The notes under the pieces were generated by a model, which ran no database searches, was not told the origin of the DNA, and saw only the letters and a list, made by a program, of their open reading frames with translations. This document shows positions 37,001 to 49,480 of a stretch of 64,000 nt of DNA, one piece after another. The stretch spans positions 1 through 64,000 of the forward strand of contig CDMY01000414.1 in the NCBI GenBank assembly GCA_001179505.1. The letters are read 5' to 3'. This stretch comes from Vitrella brassicaformis CCMP3155 (lineage: Eukaryota; Protista; Chromerida). How positions within the stretch are numbered: the first letter of the stretch is position 1; the number at the start of each line of letters is the position of its first letter. The position numbers were made by a program, and so were the translations under genes.

Positions 37001-39970
37001 ATCGTGTTGGGGGTGCTGGCGCAGGCCGCCCTCGTGGCGTCTGACTACTTCCTCGCCATATGGAGCCACCAGGAGCAGACCAGTGACAGCGTCACGGCAT
37101 TTCACCCTTTTCAAGCATACGGTCAGCCACATGCGCAACACGCACACCACACACAATATCCCATATCTGCTGCGACACACACAGGATGGTGCATCCTTCT
37201 GGCCGGTCTGATGATGACCTTCCGCGCCCTGGCCTTCGCCTACGGCTGTCGGCTGGCGTCGACCTTCTACCACCACCACCTCAGCCGCGTCATAACGGGC
37301 GCCAAGATGGCCTTCTTCGACCACACTCCGTCGGGCCGCATCCTGAGCCGCTTCTGCACCGACCTCGGCCACGTCGACGGGGGCATCCCCCATATGCTGG
37401 AGGCGCTGAGCCTGCTCGTGTTCACCATACTCGGGTAGGGTGGGTGGGGGCAGGGTGGCATGCATGACACACGTGGCACTGGGAATGGAAACGTGTGTGT
37501 TGTGGTGTGTTGTGTGCTGTGGATTGGCTTGTGGGTTGTTGCAGGAATCTGTTTGGCGTGGCGTTTGTGGCGCCGTCGTTCCTGGCGGCCATTGTGGTGG
37601 CGGCCGCACTCTTCTGGTAGTGGGGGCCCACACGCACACACAGACGTGAAGCAAGAGAGTCTCACGCTCTCGTCTGTGTGTGTGCATGGTGCTATCAGGC
37701 GCATCAAGAACGTTTGCTACAGGTGGGGTGGGTGGGGGCTGGTGGTGGATTGATGTGCCCCGCTCAATGCATTGACAGATTGTCTGTCTGTGTCTCTGTT
37801 TGTTTTGGTTGACAGGGGTGCGTGTCAGCTGCAGCGGCTAGACGCCTCGAGCAGGGCACCCATCCTGACCCTTGTCGAAGAAGCCTTCCAGGTACAATAT
37901 ACACATGCCTCTAATTCACACACCCCACCACAGACACACGTTCTTTCTTTGCTTCCTTTGGTGTGTGGTGTGCAGGGTCGTGTGTGCATCCGAGCGATGG
38001 GCAAGGGCGGCATGCAGTGGTTCACACAGCGCTTCTCCCGAGCTGTCGACCTCAACCTCGCCGCACACTACCACCTCAGAACGGTCAGTCCGTGTGTTGG
38101 CTCTCAGATGCTATGCTCACCGACCCACCCACCCCATACATGGCCTCCGTGTCGTGTGTGTGCTCAGGTGTTCCGGTGGGCAGTGCTGCGTCTGGAGACG
38201 ACCAATGCCATGCTGACGTCGCTGGCGGTGTTTGCCCTCTACGCCACCACCGCCGGATGGACGAGCGGACTGCAGCAAATCGACGGCACAAGGCGGGCTT
38301 ACACCGTTCCAACCCCCCCCTCCCCCCCCTCCACACACACACACAGACAAAACAGAATGTGGTCCTTGTGATGCTGGATGCCTATCTGCGTGTTCAGTGG
38401 TGTGCACGACTCGGCATTGTTCGGCGTGGGACTCAACTGGGCCATTGCCAGCGGTGAGGACGACGAGAAAGGCACCGTCCGTCACAATGACCTGCGTGGA
38501 TGAATGGAATGGACGCCTGCCTTCCCTGTGTGTGTATTGCGTATGGTCAGCTGGTTATGTGGGGTTCCTGGTGTTTGTGGTGACCGACCTGGAGTCCAAA
38601 ATGACGTCGGTCGACAGAATCAAGTAACCACACACACACACACTCCACTCCCAGCCACACACATCACCACCCACCCTGTCTGCCCCTTTGCTGCCCTCAC
38701 ACCCCACCCAGAGATTACATCGACAACGTGCCCACCGAGCCCTCCGAGGCCCCCTCCCACCCCCCCGACGCATGGCCCGACCTCGGACAAATCAGCTACC
38801 AGGACCTCACCGTTGCCTACAAGAGCAAATCAGACGACGACGACCACCACCACCAGCAGGGGCCAGGCGGGGAGGGTGAGGGTGGCGTGTGTGTGGCACT
38901 GAGGAATGTGACTGTCGATGTGGCTGGGGGCAGCAGGGTGGGGCTGGTCGGCAGGACGGGAAGCGGCAAGACCTCACTCGTCATGGCGCTGTGAGCAGTG
39001 AAGTGACGGCACACACCGAAATGGGAGACGTGATGTGTGTGTGTGTGTGCAGGTATCGATTGTATGACGAAGCGACCCAGGGTCAGATCACTTTGGACAA
39101 CTACCCCCTCCACTCCATCCCTCTCGCCCGGCTGCGCGCCTCGCTGGCCCTGCTGCCGCAACACGCTGCCCTCTTCAACCACACTCTCAGGTACGGTACC
39201 CCACACGCCCTTCCTTCCAACCAACACACCACGATGATGTATGTGTGTGTTTGTCAGGTTCAACCTGGACCCTTGTGGTCGTGCGAGCGACGATGAGCTG
39301 GTGGGCATCATCAAGCGGCTGGGGCTGGGGCGTCTGGAGCTGCTCGGCAGCGCTGACGGCAGGAGCGCCACAGCCATGCTGGACGCTACTATCGAGCCGC
39401 AGGGAGGTCAGTGCAGTGCAGCCGCGCAGTGCATTGAGTTACACACAGAGGGAGGCTACACACAATGGCGTGTCTTGTGTCGTGTGTGTGTTGTGTGCGT
39501 CAGGCAATTTAAGTGGCGGTGAGCGCCAGTGGGTGGCGCTGGGGCGGCTGCTCATCGAGGCGCAGCGCGCACGAATCATCATACTCGACGAGTAAGGCCA
39601 TGCACACGCAGCACAGGACACCACACCACAGCATAGCATTGGCCATATATGGCTCTCTCCTCCAGGCCCACAAGTCCCCTTGACAGCGGCACTGAAGCCA
39701 TGATGGTCGCCCTCATCCGCGAGGTGGCTGTGGGCAGGACGCTGCTCGTCATCTCCCACAGACCCGACACAGTACAGGTGAAGCGATCGACCACACACAG
39801 AAGGAGGGAGACACGGAAGCATGTCTGTCTGTCTGTCTGCGTGTGTGTGTGCGCAGGCTCTGTGCGAGCGGCGCATCAAGCTGCAGGACGGCGTCATCGT
39901 CGAAGACGATGCGCAGCAGCAGCATGAGGGGGAGGGGGGAGGGGCGGCTGAAATAAATGCCGACTTGTGA
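34027..39970 (+). CDS. ABC transporter subfamily C (MRP-like), TMD-NBD-TMD-NBD; many exons
   Basis: TMD1 NLISSDCEK and DERLRRMEEILQNILAIK. NBD1 GPVGSGKSTLL, LSGGQQQRVALAQA and VVLMDDPFSAL. TMD2 FFDHTPSGRILSRFCTDLGHVD and MTSVDRI. NBD2 GRTGSGKTSL, LSGGERQ, IIILDE and LLVISHRPDTV. Confidence 0.93.
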
Positions 39971-40570
39971 ATATTTACATCTCAGATGTTGCCATGCCAC
40001 TACACGGTGTATCTAACTGAATGCATGTGTGTGTGTGTGTGCCTAGCTGTCTCTGTGGGCTGACTTTTACACACACATGACAGCGCATGGCAGGCACACA
40101 CGCATTTACTTGTACAGAGCGGTGCGGTTGGGGCGTGTGTGCAGGGGGATGTGTAGCGTAGGTGGCTCGGCTGGCCTTTGTTCACTTCACTTCCGTCTCT
40201 GTGCTGTGTGTGTGTGTGTCTGAGGGGTGAGGGTGAGGAAGTGTTTATAAGTAAGTATGTCCGTTCGTGTAGTGCTTTGTTGTCAAGCTTCGGCGCACAC
40301 ATAAAATGTCGACTGACTCACACAGAGAGACAGACAAGGGGAGCACCGCATTGCGGGGCTCTGGGATGCACACCTATGTCGTAACACTCTATGTCAGTCA
40401 CATCACACACACTCAGGCACGATAAATGCTATGCTCCAGCGCTCCCACACGCAGCTGTTCGTGTCGCTTTGCGTGTGTCAAGTCATGTATCATCCTCCCT
40501 CCTCAAACGAATGCGGGTCTCGCATCATCACATCGACTGCCCCACACCCACACCCACACCCATATACACA

Positions 40571-43141
40571 TCACTCCCTCTCGACGTGGTTGTAGTCGGT
40601 GTACACCCACCGCCTCTCCAGCCCATGAAGCCGATAAGCGCCATACCCACACACACCCGACACAAGCAGGGGGACCCCCCACAGCGCAGCCCCGCCCATG
40701 CAGGACATCAGGAAGCGGCTCAGCAGGCCGCCGGGCGGGAAGAGGAAGGCCATGGCCGCCACTGACGTAAGGGCATCGAGACCAAGACCGATCGACAGGA
40801 CGGTGGTGAGGGAGCGGAGCACCCTGGTGATGGCGTACCTGCAGGCAGCCACGAACATAAGACACTGACTGCCATGTGTGTGTGATGGGACTCCGTGTGT
40901 CTGTCTGTCTGTCTGCGCTTGCTTACGCTTTCCTGCAGATGGGGCAGTACTTGGTGTGAGACTCCCAACGGTCAAAGAGCTTTTTTCTGTCGGTCATGAG
41001 AGGCCCCAGCTGCCCGGTGCTGCCCTTCCATGAGGGCTTCCCGCCGCCGTCATTCATCAGCCACCGCCGGAAGGACCTCACCGCCGTGTCAGCGGGAGCC
41101 GGCATGTAATAGGCCCGGTCAAATTTCTCAAGACCTGTGCACACACAGGGTGTCGAAATGAGTGGAAGCAGGAGGGATTTGGTGGCTGTGTGCCTGTCGG
41201 CTGGTCGGTCAGCTGACTGACCATTTTCGTGTTCTCTGAGCCGCCGTTCTTGGTAGTGCACATGCATGTTGTCGCCATCCGTGACGGCCATGTTCTCAAG
41301 GTGGTCATCCCACCGCATCAGACTCTTTCTGCACACCACAGACAGACAGACAGACCGACAGGCATACGCAGCCATCCATCCATCCACGCTGGTCTGCCTA
41401 CTCGGCTGGCTGACACATCCGTCCATCCAGTCACTCGTGGTGCTTACACGTTCCGCCATCTGGTCCCCGCACTCGCAACGAATCGCGTGATGATGTAGGA
41501 TTGTCCGGGGGCCGATGGGACGGCATAGACCACCAGGTAGAACTTGTGGCCGTCCAGCATCCCGCTTTTAACGGGCTTGGTGATCTTGGGCGCCAGGCCT
41601 ATCTTGGACAACAGCCTGACCACACATACACATGCGCCGTGCGTCGCCACGGCTGGCCTGACCTTGTTACCTGATGATGGGCCTCTTCTTCAGCACTCCG
41701 GCGAGCTGCGAAAAGTCGATCTGGTAGTACAGCAGGCAGGGAGGCCTGAAGTGGATGCGCGTCGTCAGGTTGGTGCCGAAGAGGTCTTGTATGGAGGTGA
41801 CGGCGAAGCCAGCGTCGGTCAGGTTGTCCACCTTCATTCTAATCGGCCCGGCTCGGTTGCGGTTGCCCTGCGTGTGGAAGGACCACACACACAAGCCAAC
41901 AGCCAGCATGAGCTAGCTGGTCGGTCCATGGAAGCACACCTGTATGCCGTGGTGAGCGAACGGCACGTGGGATGGATCCCCCACGTTTTCCACCTGCACC
42001 CCATGCACACGTGGATCGACACACTCGTCACGTCAATCACATCAGATGCGGGTCGGGTGCGTCATCCAGCGGGCCACTCACTCACAAGTGTGTCGTAGTT
42101 GTAGTTGAGCACCCGGAAGAAGAGGCCGTTGTCTTTGGTCTTGATCAGCTCGGGCACCGTGTCAAACTCAGCCACGGTCGCCGGCTCCACTTCCCTCGAC
42201 GCTGCCCAGCCTTCACGCGTGCTGAACCAAGACACACCAACACGCATACCCAACTAGCATCCCCATCTCTGGGTGCTGCTCCGACGTGCCGACCTGTCAG
42301 GGAATATCCAGATTAGCGCGTGTGCCTCCGTGCACGGCACTGTCTGGAGGCACGCCCGCTTGTTCTTCCTGGCGGCCTCCTGCGCCTTGGCCTCCACTTG
42401 AGGGATCTTGGTGCACGCTCCTGTCCCATCGAACTCCCAGCCATGGTAGGTGCAGTGCAGCTTGCCGTCGTCGCTGATGCGGCCCTCAGACAGCGGCGCC
42501 AGGCGGTGCGGGCAAGCGTCCTTGGCCGCGGCGAACTTCTGCGTCGCCTCGTCCCACCACACCACGAAGTGCTCATTGAGTACGGTGAACTGACGCGGTT
42601 GCTTCTTGCCCAGATCACTTGCAATCGCCACGGGATACTGCACAAGACAAGACAAGACAAGACAGCGGTCGATTGGGTGTGTGAGCGGGAGCCGGTGCGG
42701 TTCATGCGTCTGCCCACCCACTGTCGCCACCAATCGAAGGTGCCGGCATCCTCCTTCTCCGAAGCCTCAGACGCCTGCAAGGCATCAATGAGCCAAGCAA
42801 CAGGACTGGCCGCGTGGCTCATCCAGCCTGAGGGCGGATCATTGCTCACTGCTGGCGTGAATGACAGCTCGATGTTGTCGGTCCGAGGTGGCATTGTCTT
42901 GGCTGCCGGTGATGGCGCGGTCAGCACTGCAGACGGAAGAGCGGTGCGACGCGCTGATCTCCTTCCCCCTGAAGCACCGAATAGCCGGCCTGCAATGGAA
43001 TCAACGTACAAACAAAATGAATGGCGACGGATGCACATCTTCTCGACCTGGCTGGGTTGCATGATAAGCAAGGCATCCTTGCAGAGCGAATGTCATGATC
43101 AGCAGCACTGCATTGCCGCAGACCACACGATGCTCCTTCAT
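40571..43141 (-). CDS. Rieske mononuclear-iron oxygenase of the PAO/ACD1-like/PTC52/Tic55 family, with bipartite plastid leader
   Basis: FDWWRQW|YPVA; Rieske motifs DACPHRLAPLSEG and CTYHGWEF; Fe site ENVGDPSHVPFAHHG; RWESHTKYCPIC; C-terminal transmembrane pair and YTDYNH. Signal MKEHRVVCGNAVLLIMTFALQGCLA. Confidence 0.9.
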
Positions 43142-43379
43142 CTTCCCTGATATGGATGCTTGACAAAATCAACGGGACCTCTAGCGAGGACAAGCTCCCA
43201 ATGCACGTAGAAGGAACAGATCTCAGGGGAAAAGGAAGAAGAGGCGAGGATGTGTTCGGTGGTAACGGGAGATTTAGGGTGCGCGCTCAGCTCTCAGCTC
43301 GCACGTGTAAACACAGACGACGGGACAAAACGACAAGGGAGGAAGGAGAGAAGGAAGGCGAGGACGAAGGTCGTGTGTC

Positions 43380-44154
43380 GTGTGTCGCAGGAACGAAGCT
43401 GCGTTGGTTTTTTGCGTTTCCCGCGGTTGTCACTCGGCTGTGTGTCGGCTGATGCTGGTGGTGTCACAGTGGTTGTGGCGCATCTGCTGCCGTGTGGCGT
43501 CATGGTGCTGGCGGCGACGCTCCTCCGAGTCCGATCAGCCAGAGCCGGCCACCCCGCAGCACCCCCTCACCCATCTCTTTGTCGGCGACGACCAGTCCTG
43601 TCTGCTCGACCTCAGCACCATCCTGCAGCTGAGGGCCACCGCGCGATGCTTCTCAGAGGCCTTGTCGTCTGCACAGCTGCGAAGCCGACTCCACACCTCG
43701 ATCGCCCGCAGCGGCATCGACACTCAGCTGGTGCAGTTTAACGAGTCGCTGTGCGGGGGTACTGTGGTGGCGGCCCTGTGGATAGCTGAGGAGGGAGGGC
43801 AGTGGAACGATGGCACTGGCGACGTGCTGCGGCTGGCCGACCACTGCGGAGCCTGCACGCTGCCCGTTGTGCTGACTGCCGAAGACATCAACACACACGC
43901 CAACAAAACGGTCCGTAAGGCGCACTTCTGGCGTGCCCCACCCTTCTCTCTATGTCTGTGTGTGTGTGTGTGTGTCTGTTTAGGCGTATGTGTCGGTTCC
44001 CGTGTGATTGCTCAGCTCAAGATGGTCGGCCGCCACACCAACTTCGGCGACGGCGTGACGTTCCAGCTGTTTCAGCATGGCGACATGCTGCGGGCCCTCA
44101 AGGACGAGCCTGGCTTCGAGCTGACGCTTGACCCACTAGGCCTGCCTGCCGACC
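43380..44154 (+). pseudogene. Copy A of the lineage-specific gene: frameshifted and truncated at the gap
   Basis: Exon 2 reads gcg tat gtg tcg gtt ccc gtg tga, whereas copy B reads gtt ccc cgt gtg att (VPRVI). Copy A therefore lacks one C. This could also be a sequencing or assembly error. Confidence 0.55.
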
Positions 44155-44454
44155 NNNNNNNNNNNNNNNNNNNNNNNNNNNNNNNNNNNNNNNNNNNNNN
44201 NNNNNNNNNNNNNNNNNNNNNNNNNNNNNNNNNNNNNNNNNNNNNNNNNNNNNNNNNNNNNNNNNNNNNNNNNNNNNNNNNNNNNNNNNNNNNNNNNNNN
44301 NNNNNNNNNNNNNNNNNNNNNNNNNNNNNNNNNNNNNNNNNNNNNNNNNNNNNNNNNNNNNNNNNNNNNNNNNNNNNNNNNNNNNNNNNNNNNNNNNNNN
44401 NNNNNNNNNNNNNNNNNNNNNNNNNNNNNNNNNNNNNNNNNNNNNNNNNNNNNN
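44155..44454. other. Assembly gap (300 N)
   Basis: Run of N between the duplicated copies. Confidence 1.
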
Positions 44455-44801
44455 GCACATCTTCTCGACCTGGCTGGGTTGCATGATAAGCAAGGCATCC
44501 TTGCAGAGCGAATGTCATGATCAGCAGCACTGCATTGCCGCAGACCACACGATGCTCCTTCATCTTCCCTGATATGGATGCTTGACAAAATCAACGGGAC
44601 CTCTAGCGAGGACAAGCTCCCAATGCACGTAGAAGGAACAGATCTCAGGGGAAAAGGAAGAAGAGGCGAGGATGTGTTCGGTGGTAACGGGAGATTTAGG
44701 GTGCGCGCTCAGCTCTCAGCTCGCACGTGTAAACACAGACGACGGGACAAAACGACAAGGGAGGAAGGAGAGAAGGAAGGCGAGGACGAAGGTCGTGTGT
44801 C

Positions 44802-46741
44802 GTGTGTCGCAGGAACGAAGCTGCGTTGGTTTTTTGCGTTTCCCGCGGTTGTCACTCGGCTGTGTGTCGGCTGATGCTGGTGGTGTCACAGTGGTTGTGG
44901 CGCATCTGCTGCCGTGTGGCGTCATGGTGCTGGCGGCGACGCTCCTCCGAGTCCGATCAGCCAGAGCCGGCCACCCCGCAGCACCCCCTCACCCATCTCT
45001 TTGTCGGCGACGACCAGTCCTGTCTGCTCGACCTCAGCACCATCCTGCAGCTGAGGGCCACCGCGCGATGCTTCTCAGAGGCCTTGTCGTCTGCACAGCT
45101 GCGAAGCCGACTCCACACCTCGATTGCCCGCAGCGGCATCGACACCCAGCTGGTGCAGTTTGACGAGTCGCTGTGTGGGGGTACTGTGCTGGCGGCCCTG
45201 TGGATAGCTGAGGAGGGAGGGCGGTGGGACGATGGCACTGCCGACGTGCTGCGGCTGGCCGACCACTGCGGAGCCTGCACGCTGCCCGTTGTGCTGACTG
45301 CCGAAGACATCAACACACACGCCAACAAGACGGTCCGTAAGGCGCACTTCTGGCGTTTCCCACCCTTCTCTCTATGTCTGTGTGTGTGTGTGTGTGTCTG
45401 TTTAGGCGTATGTGTCGGTTCCCCGTGTGATTGCTAAGCTCAAGATGGTCGGCCGCCACATCAACCTCGGCGACGGCGTGACGTTCCAGCTGTTTCAACA
45501 TGGCGACAGGCTGCGGGCCATCAAGGACGAGCCAGGCTTCGAGCTGACGCTTGACCCACCCGGCCTGCCTGCCGGCCACCTGTATCAACGCCACCGACAG
45601 GACCACGACCCACCAGCCAGCAGCCGCATTCGCTATTGTGAAGAATGGGAAGCGGAGGATGACGATTCTGAGGTCACCTATGCGTCGGTGTCGCACTTTG
45701 CCAAAGGGAAAATCCTTAACTACTTCAATGTGAGCCGTTCGGATGAGGAGCGGGAGATTGGTAATGACCTATTGAACTCAGAAGATGTCGACAGGGCGAT
45801 GTCTGATGCTGACAGGTATGATGTACGGAACACGTCAGTCACTCCGGAGGGCACACATACTCGCGATGTGCGTGTCGTTGGTTGGCTCAGGCGTGGCGAA
45901 GGCGGTGGCCGTCTGACTGCCCTGATGACCGGGTCGCCTCACACACCAGCTATAGGGTGCTCGACGACCATCTGCAGCGATGGAATGCCAGGTCACCCTC
46001 TTGGGCCTGGAATGCTGGTGCAGCTGGTGCTCACGGACAGCAGCCACCCCTTCGTCGCGGAAATAATGCTCTGCAACTGCGTCAACGGCAGTCGGGACGA
46101 ACAAAGTCAGCCGCGATGAGATATGATATAGCCGAAGAGATGGACAGGCAAATATGCTTTCTCTCTTTTATTTGCTTCTCTACAGTGTTTGGAATAGATA
46201 TATCCACAACTGAGCCACGTGTGGATGTCAGCGGCCGCCCCTTCCCCTGCACGTCTCAGCAGCACTGTGTGTGCCCATGGGGGCCACGGTGTGTGTTCAA
46301 GTACGAATCCCCCGCGACCGCCGCGCTGGCGCGGGAGGCGCTGGGCGATGCGGTGGCGCCCATTGTCTTCGACTGGATAGACGACAGCGACGATGACACC
46401 GACGATGACAGCGACGATGACGATGGTGACGATGGTGACGATGGTACGCTCTGACCGACCAGACGGGAGGGAACACGTGTGTCAGTGTATGAGGTGTCTT
46501 GTCTGTGTGTCTCTGTCTGTGTGATGTAGACGGCAGCAGTGACAATGGCGATGGCGATATAGACGACGGCAGCCAAGGGGGCAGCGAAGGTACGCATCGC
46601 AAGGGAATACAAGGGGACAACAACACAGATGCCCATCCATCGCCCTCATCAAAACATGTCGACCTGCATTGCGTGTGTCTGTGTGTCATGACGACAGGTG
46701 ATGATGCCGCAGCAGATGACTCGCCAACCGATGCCACATGA
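44802..46741 (+). CDS. Lineage-specific hypothetical protein (chromerid-type expanded family) with acidic tail; start codon uncertain
   Basis: In-frame exons HPLTHLFVGDDQSCLLDLSTILQLRAT...HANKT | AYVSVPRVIAKLKMVGRH...SRDEQ | FGIDISTTEP...DDSDDD | ...TDAT*. Confidence 0.65.
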
Positions 46742-47631
46742 GACCGCGGGGTGAGGCTGGCTGACCACAGTATATGCTTGTGTTGGATGGGGGAGGGTCA
46801 ATCTGTCTGGTGTGTGTCATGTGGTCATCCGTCGAGTAGTAGACTTGTGTGTGCGTTTGCGTGCCTCCGGGTGGTGTGTGCGCCTCGGTGTGCTGTTTGT
46901 ATGAAGCGAGTGCAGCAGATGCGTCTGGTCGTTCCTCAGTACTCTTCCGTGTCATTTGTGGAATGTGTGTGCAGCCGGAGAGACATAATTATAGTACCCA
47001 TGCGGGTGAATCGGTGCGTGTAAGGCCGGATTATACATACGTGTGAGTGTCATCGGTCGTGTGTGAGAATGTGTGTTCGCATTTGACACGATTACGTGAG
47101 CTGACTTACGAAGAATCTCTCTCAGCCGACCAATGCTCTCTTTCATCATCTCAAATTACTAGCTTAGATGGTGAGTCCGTGTGTCACGTGCATTCGCCTT
47201 CCCCCCTGATCCCCTCCCCATCGCCAACACCACATCCATCCATCCATTCCACGGATTGAAAAGAAGAAAAGAGAAAGTGTGAGAGAGTCGATCACGGAGC
47301 CCCACTGACCAGTCAGTCACCTCTCTTTGGCGGACTAGTCGGGCCTCTCGGATGCAACACCGCCACACACACTGCAACACACCACACCACACCACACACA
47401 GTCACGGAATTGGCTCATCTGTCTGTCTCCTTGAGGGTCTTAAAAAAGGGTGCGTGTCTGCCGACGCGCACGTGTACTCACACGTCACGTTGACTAACTC
47501 ACATATCAGCCACACACAGGTACTTGCACAGGCAGGCCATGTCGACTCTTTTCAAAGCACGCATTACCAACAGCCCCTCTCCACCACTGATTGACGCCAC
47601 CCAGACCACAGTAACAACACTATCTGCCAAT

Positions 47632-47715
47632 CACGAGAACAAACCAGCACACACGCAGGGGTGCCGACAGGCACACGAGAACAAACCAGCACACACGCAG
47701 GGGTGCCGACAGGCA
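47632..47715. repeat. Perfect 2 x 42-bp tandem duplication
   Basis: cacgagaacaaaccagcacacacgcaggggtgccgacaggca occurs twice in a row, downstream of the wall-protein gene. Confidence 0.95.
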
Positions 47716-47939
47716 GCCGGCCGGCCAGCCAGCCTGTCGGGAAAAGTGACCGTGACAAAGACATACGCTACTAGCGACCATGTAGGTGTCTATACCATGT
47801 ACACACAACAACCCGCTACCGATCGACGACAGAGTCGGCACACACATGAGGATAACATGGCACATGCACATGAAGCATCCATCCACCACCACACAGCCAG
47901 TCACAGACAGAACAGTGACACAGATCCCTGCCCATCTAT

Positions 47940-48177
47940 CTACTCCCGCCGCAGGTGGTATGGGTGACCATGGCCACCGCAGTGGCCACTGCTGCAGGGA
48001 TGGTTAACGCAGCAGACAGGCTTGTTATCGATCCACTGGAGGTCGCCCCTGGCGCACACGTGCTGGACGGGAGCGTGGTCGCACCTGATGCACGTCTCCT
48101 CGTCTGCCCCGACCCCCAACACCGGCGGCAGCTCGCCGCCTCGCTTGAACTCGAGGCCATCCGGACACGAATGACTG

Positions 48178-48210
<33 letters not shown>

Positions 48211-48900
48211 GGGACAGTGGATGGGTCAGGGAGCGCTGTGCCGTGTTGCTCCGTGTTGCTTACAGTCTCTCTGCGAAGTGCTTGGCGACGCACTTGTCAC
48301 CGCTCGGGTCGTAGCCAAAGGGGCACCTGAAGTCAGCCGGGTACGTCTTGGTGATGACGCACAGATGCCTGTGCGCATCAAGGACGCCGCGGGGGCAGTA
48401 GGGGTCGCGGGGGGCATACTGGATCCTCCCGGTGTAGGGGCACTTGGTGTAGCACTTGGTGCCGTCGGCTGTCAGGTGGTAGCCGAAGCGGCACCTGTAG
48501 TCGGGAGGGCAGGTTTCCTCTGTGGTGCAGGTGGTGCCCGACAGAGTCGCGTGAGGGTCCCTGCAGTAGGGAATGCGGTCGGCGTACTGATACAGAACAC
48601 ACTGATTGCCCTCAACCACATAGCCCTAAGAGAGACAGACAGCGAACACACCAATGAGTCATGACGTCCTATGTGTGTGTCTGGTGGGTGGGTCAACGTG
48701 CCTACCTGCTCAGCGCAGTAGTAGTGGGGCTCGTGACGGAATGGCTTGAGGCACTTGCCGCCACCGGCGTCATACATGAAGCCGTGCGGGCACTCAGGAT
48801 GAGGCTCCTCCTTGATCGGGCAATGCTGAGCCGCTGCGAGGGGCACACAGGCCGCCAGGAGCGCCAGGACACACGCCACCGCACCACACTTCATCATCAT
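47940..48900 (-). CDS. Oocyst-wall-protein-like (COWP/TgOWP type) secreted Cys-repeat protein, 263 aa; exons 48900-48706, 48625-48264, 48174-47940
   Basis: Signal MMMKCGAVACVLALLAACVPLAAA. Periodic Cys repeats ECPHGF...KC, YCAEQGY...QC, RCRFGY...KC, YCPRGV...LC, RCPFGY...KC and SCPDGL. His-rich C-terminus. Both introns are in frame. Confidence 0.82.
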
Positions 48901-49360
48901 CGCTATTGTCGCAGGTCAGGAGGATGGCTGACAGGAGAGAGAGGGTGCAGCAAGAGATCTGAGATGAGCTGGGGCGCGACGTCTCTTTGTGTAGGAGAGG
49001 GAGATCCACCTCCCTCTCCTCCAACCCCAAACTCGAATTCGGTGGGTTCCTAAACCCGAGAAGAATTCACAAACCCAGAACCCTGGCGCGTTGTCAAGGG
49101 TTTGTAAACCTGAGGTTGGCGGCAAAAGAGGGTTTCTGGGGTGACTGGGCCGCGGTGATGCTCCGCCTTCACTTGAAACCATAGGCGTGCATTGATTCTC
49201 ACAGAAAAGTCAACAATGTCGAATCTGACCATTGTCAGGTACAACTTGGAGAGAAGACACGCCGCAAACATCGCAAAAAACAGCAAGAATGAAACAAAAA
49301 AAGGTACAAGAATAAAACAAAAATGAAACCCTGTCGCTGCACCGCTGGCTCTTTAGCTGA

Positions 49361-49480
49361 AGGGCTGGCCCTGTGGCCGTAGGGCTGGCTTTGCAGCTGC
49401 AAGGCTGGCCTTCTGACTGCAGGACTGGCCTTGTGACTGGAGGGCTGGACATCCACCTGCAGGGCTGGCCCTACAGGCCC
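49361..49480. repeat. Degenerate 20-bp-period minisatellite, 6 units (consensus about agggctggccttgtgactgc)
   Basis: Units begin at 49361, 49381, 49401, 49421, 49441 and 49461 with a(g/a)g(g/a)ctgg. Confidence 0.85.

Larger units (their letters stand above)
43033..45577. repeat. Direct duplication, unit offset 1422 bp (copy A 43033-44154, copy B 44455-45577), separated by a gap
   Basis: Both copies start gcacatcttctcgacc. Several ORF translations are identical over the 5' part, and about 20 substitutions plus one indel occur in the 3' part. Confidence 0.95.

Noticed and set aside
49043-49140. Interstitial telomere repeat
   Set aside because: GGGTTT and AAACCC occur as isolated, inverted half-sites rather than tandem TTTAGGG arrays.
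49361-49480. CRISPR-like array
   Set aside because: The units are contiguous 20-mers without unique spacers, there are no cas genes, and the context is eukaryotic.
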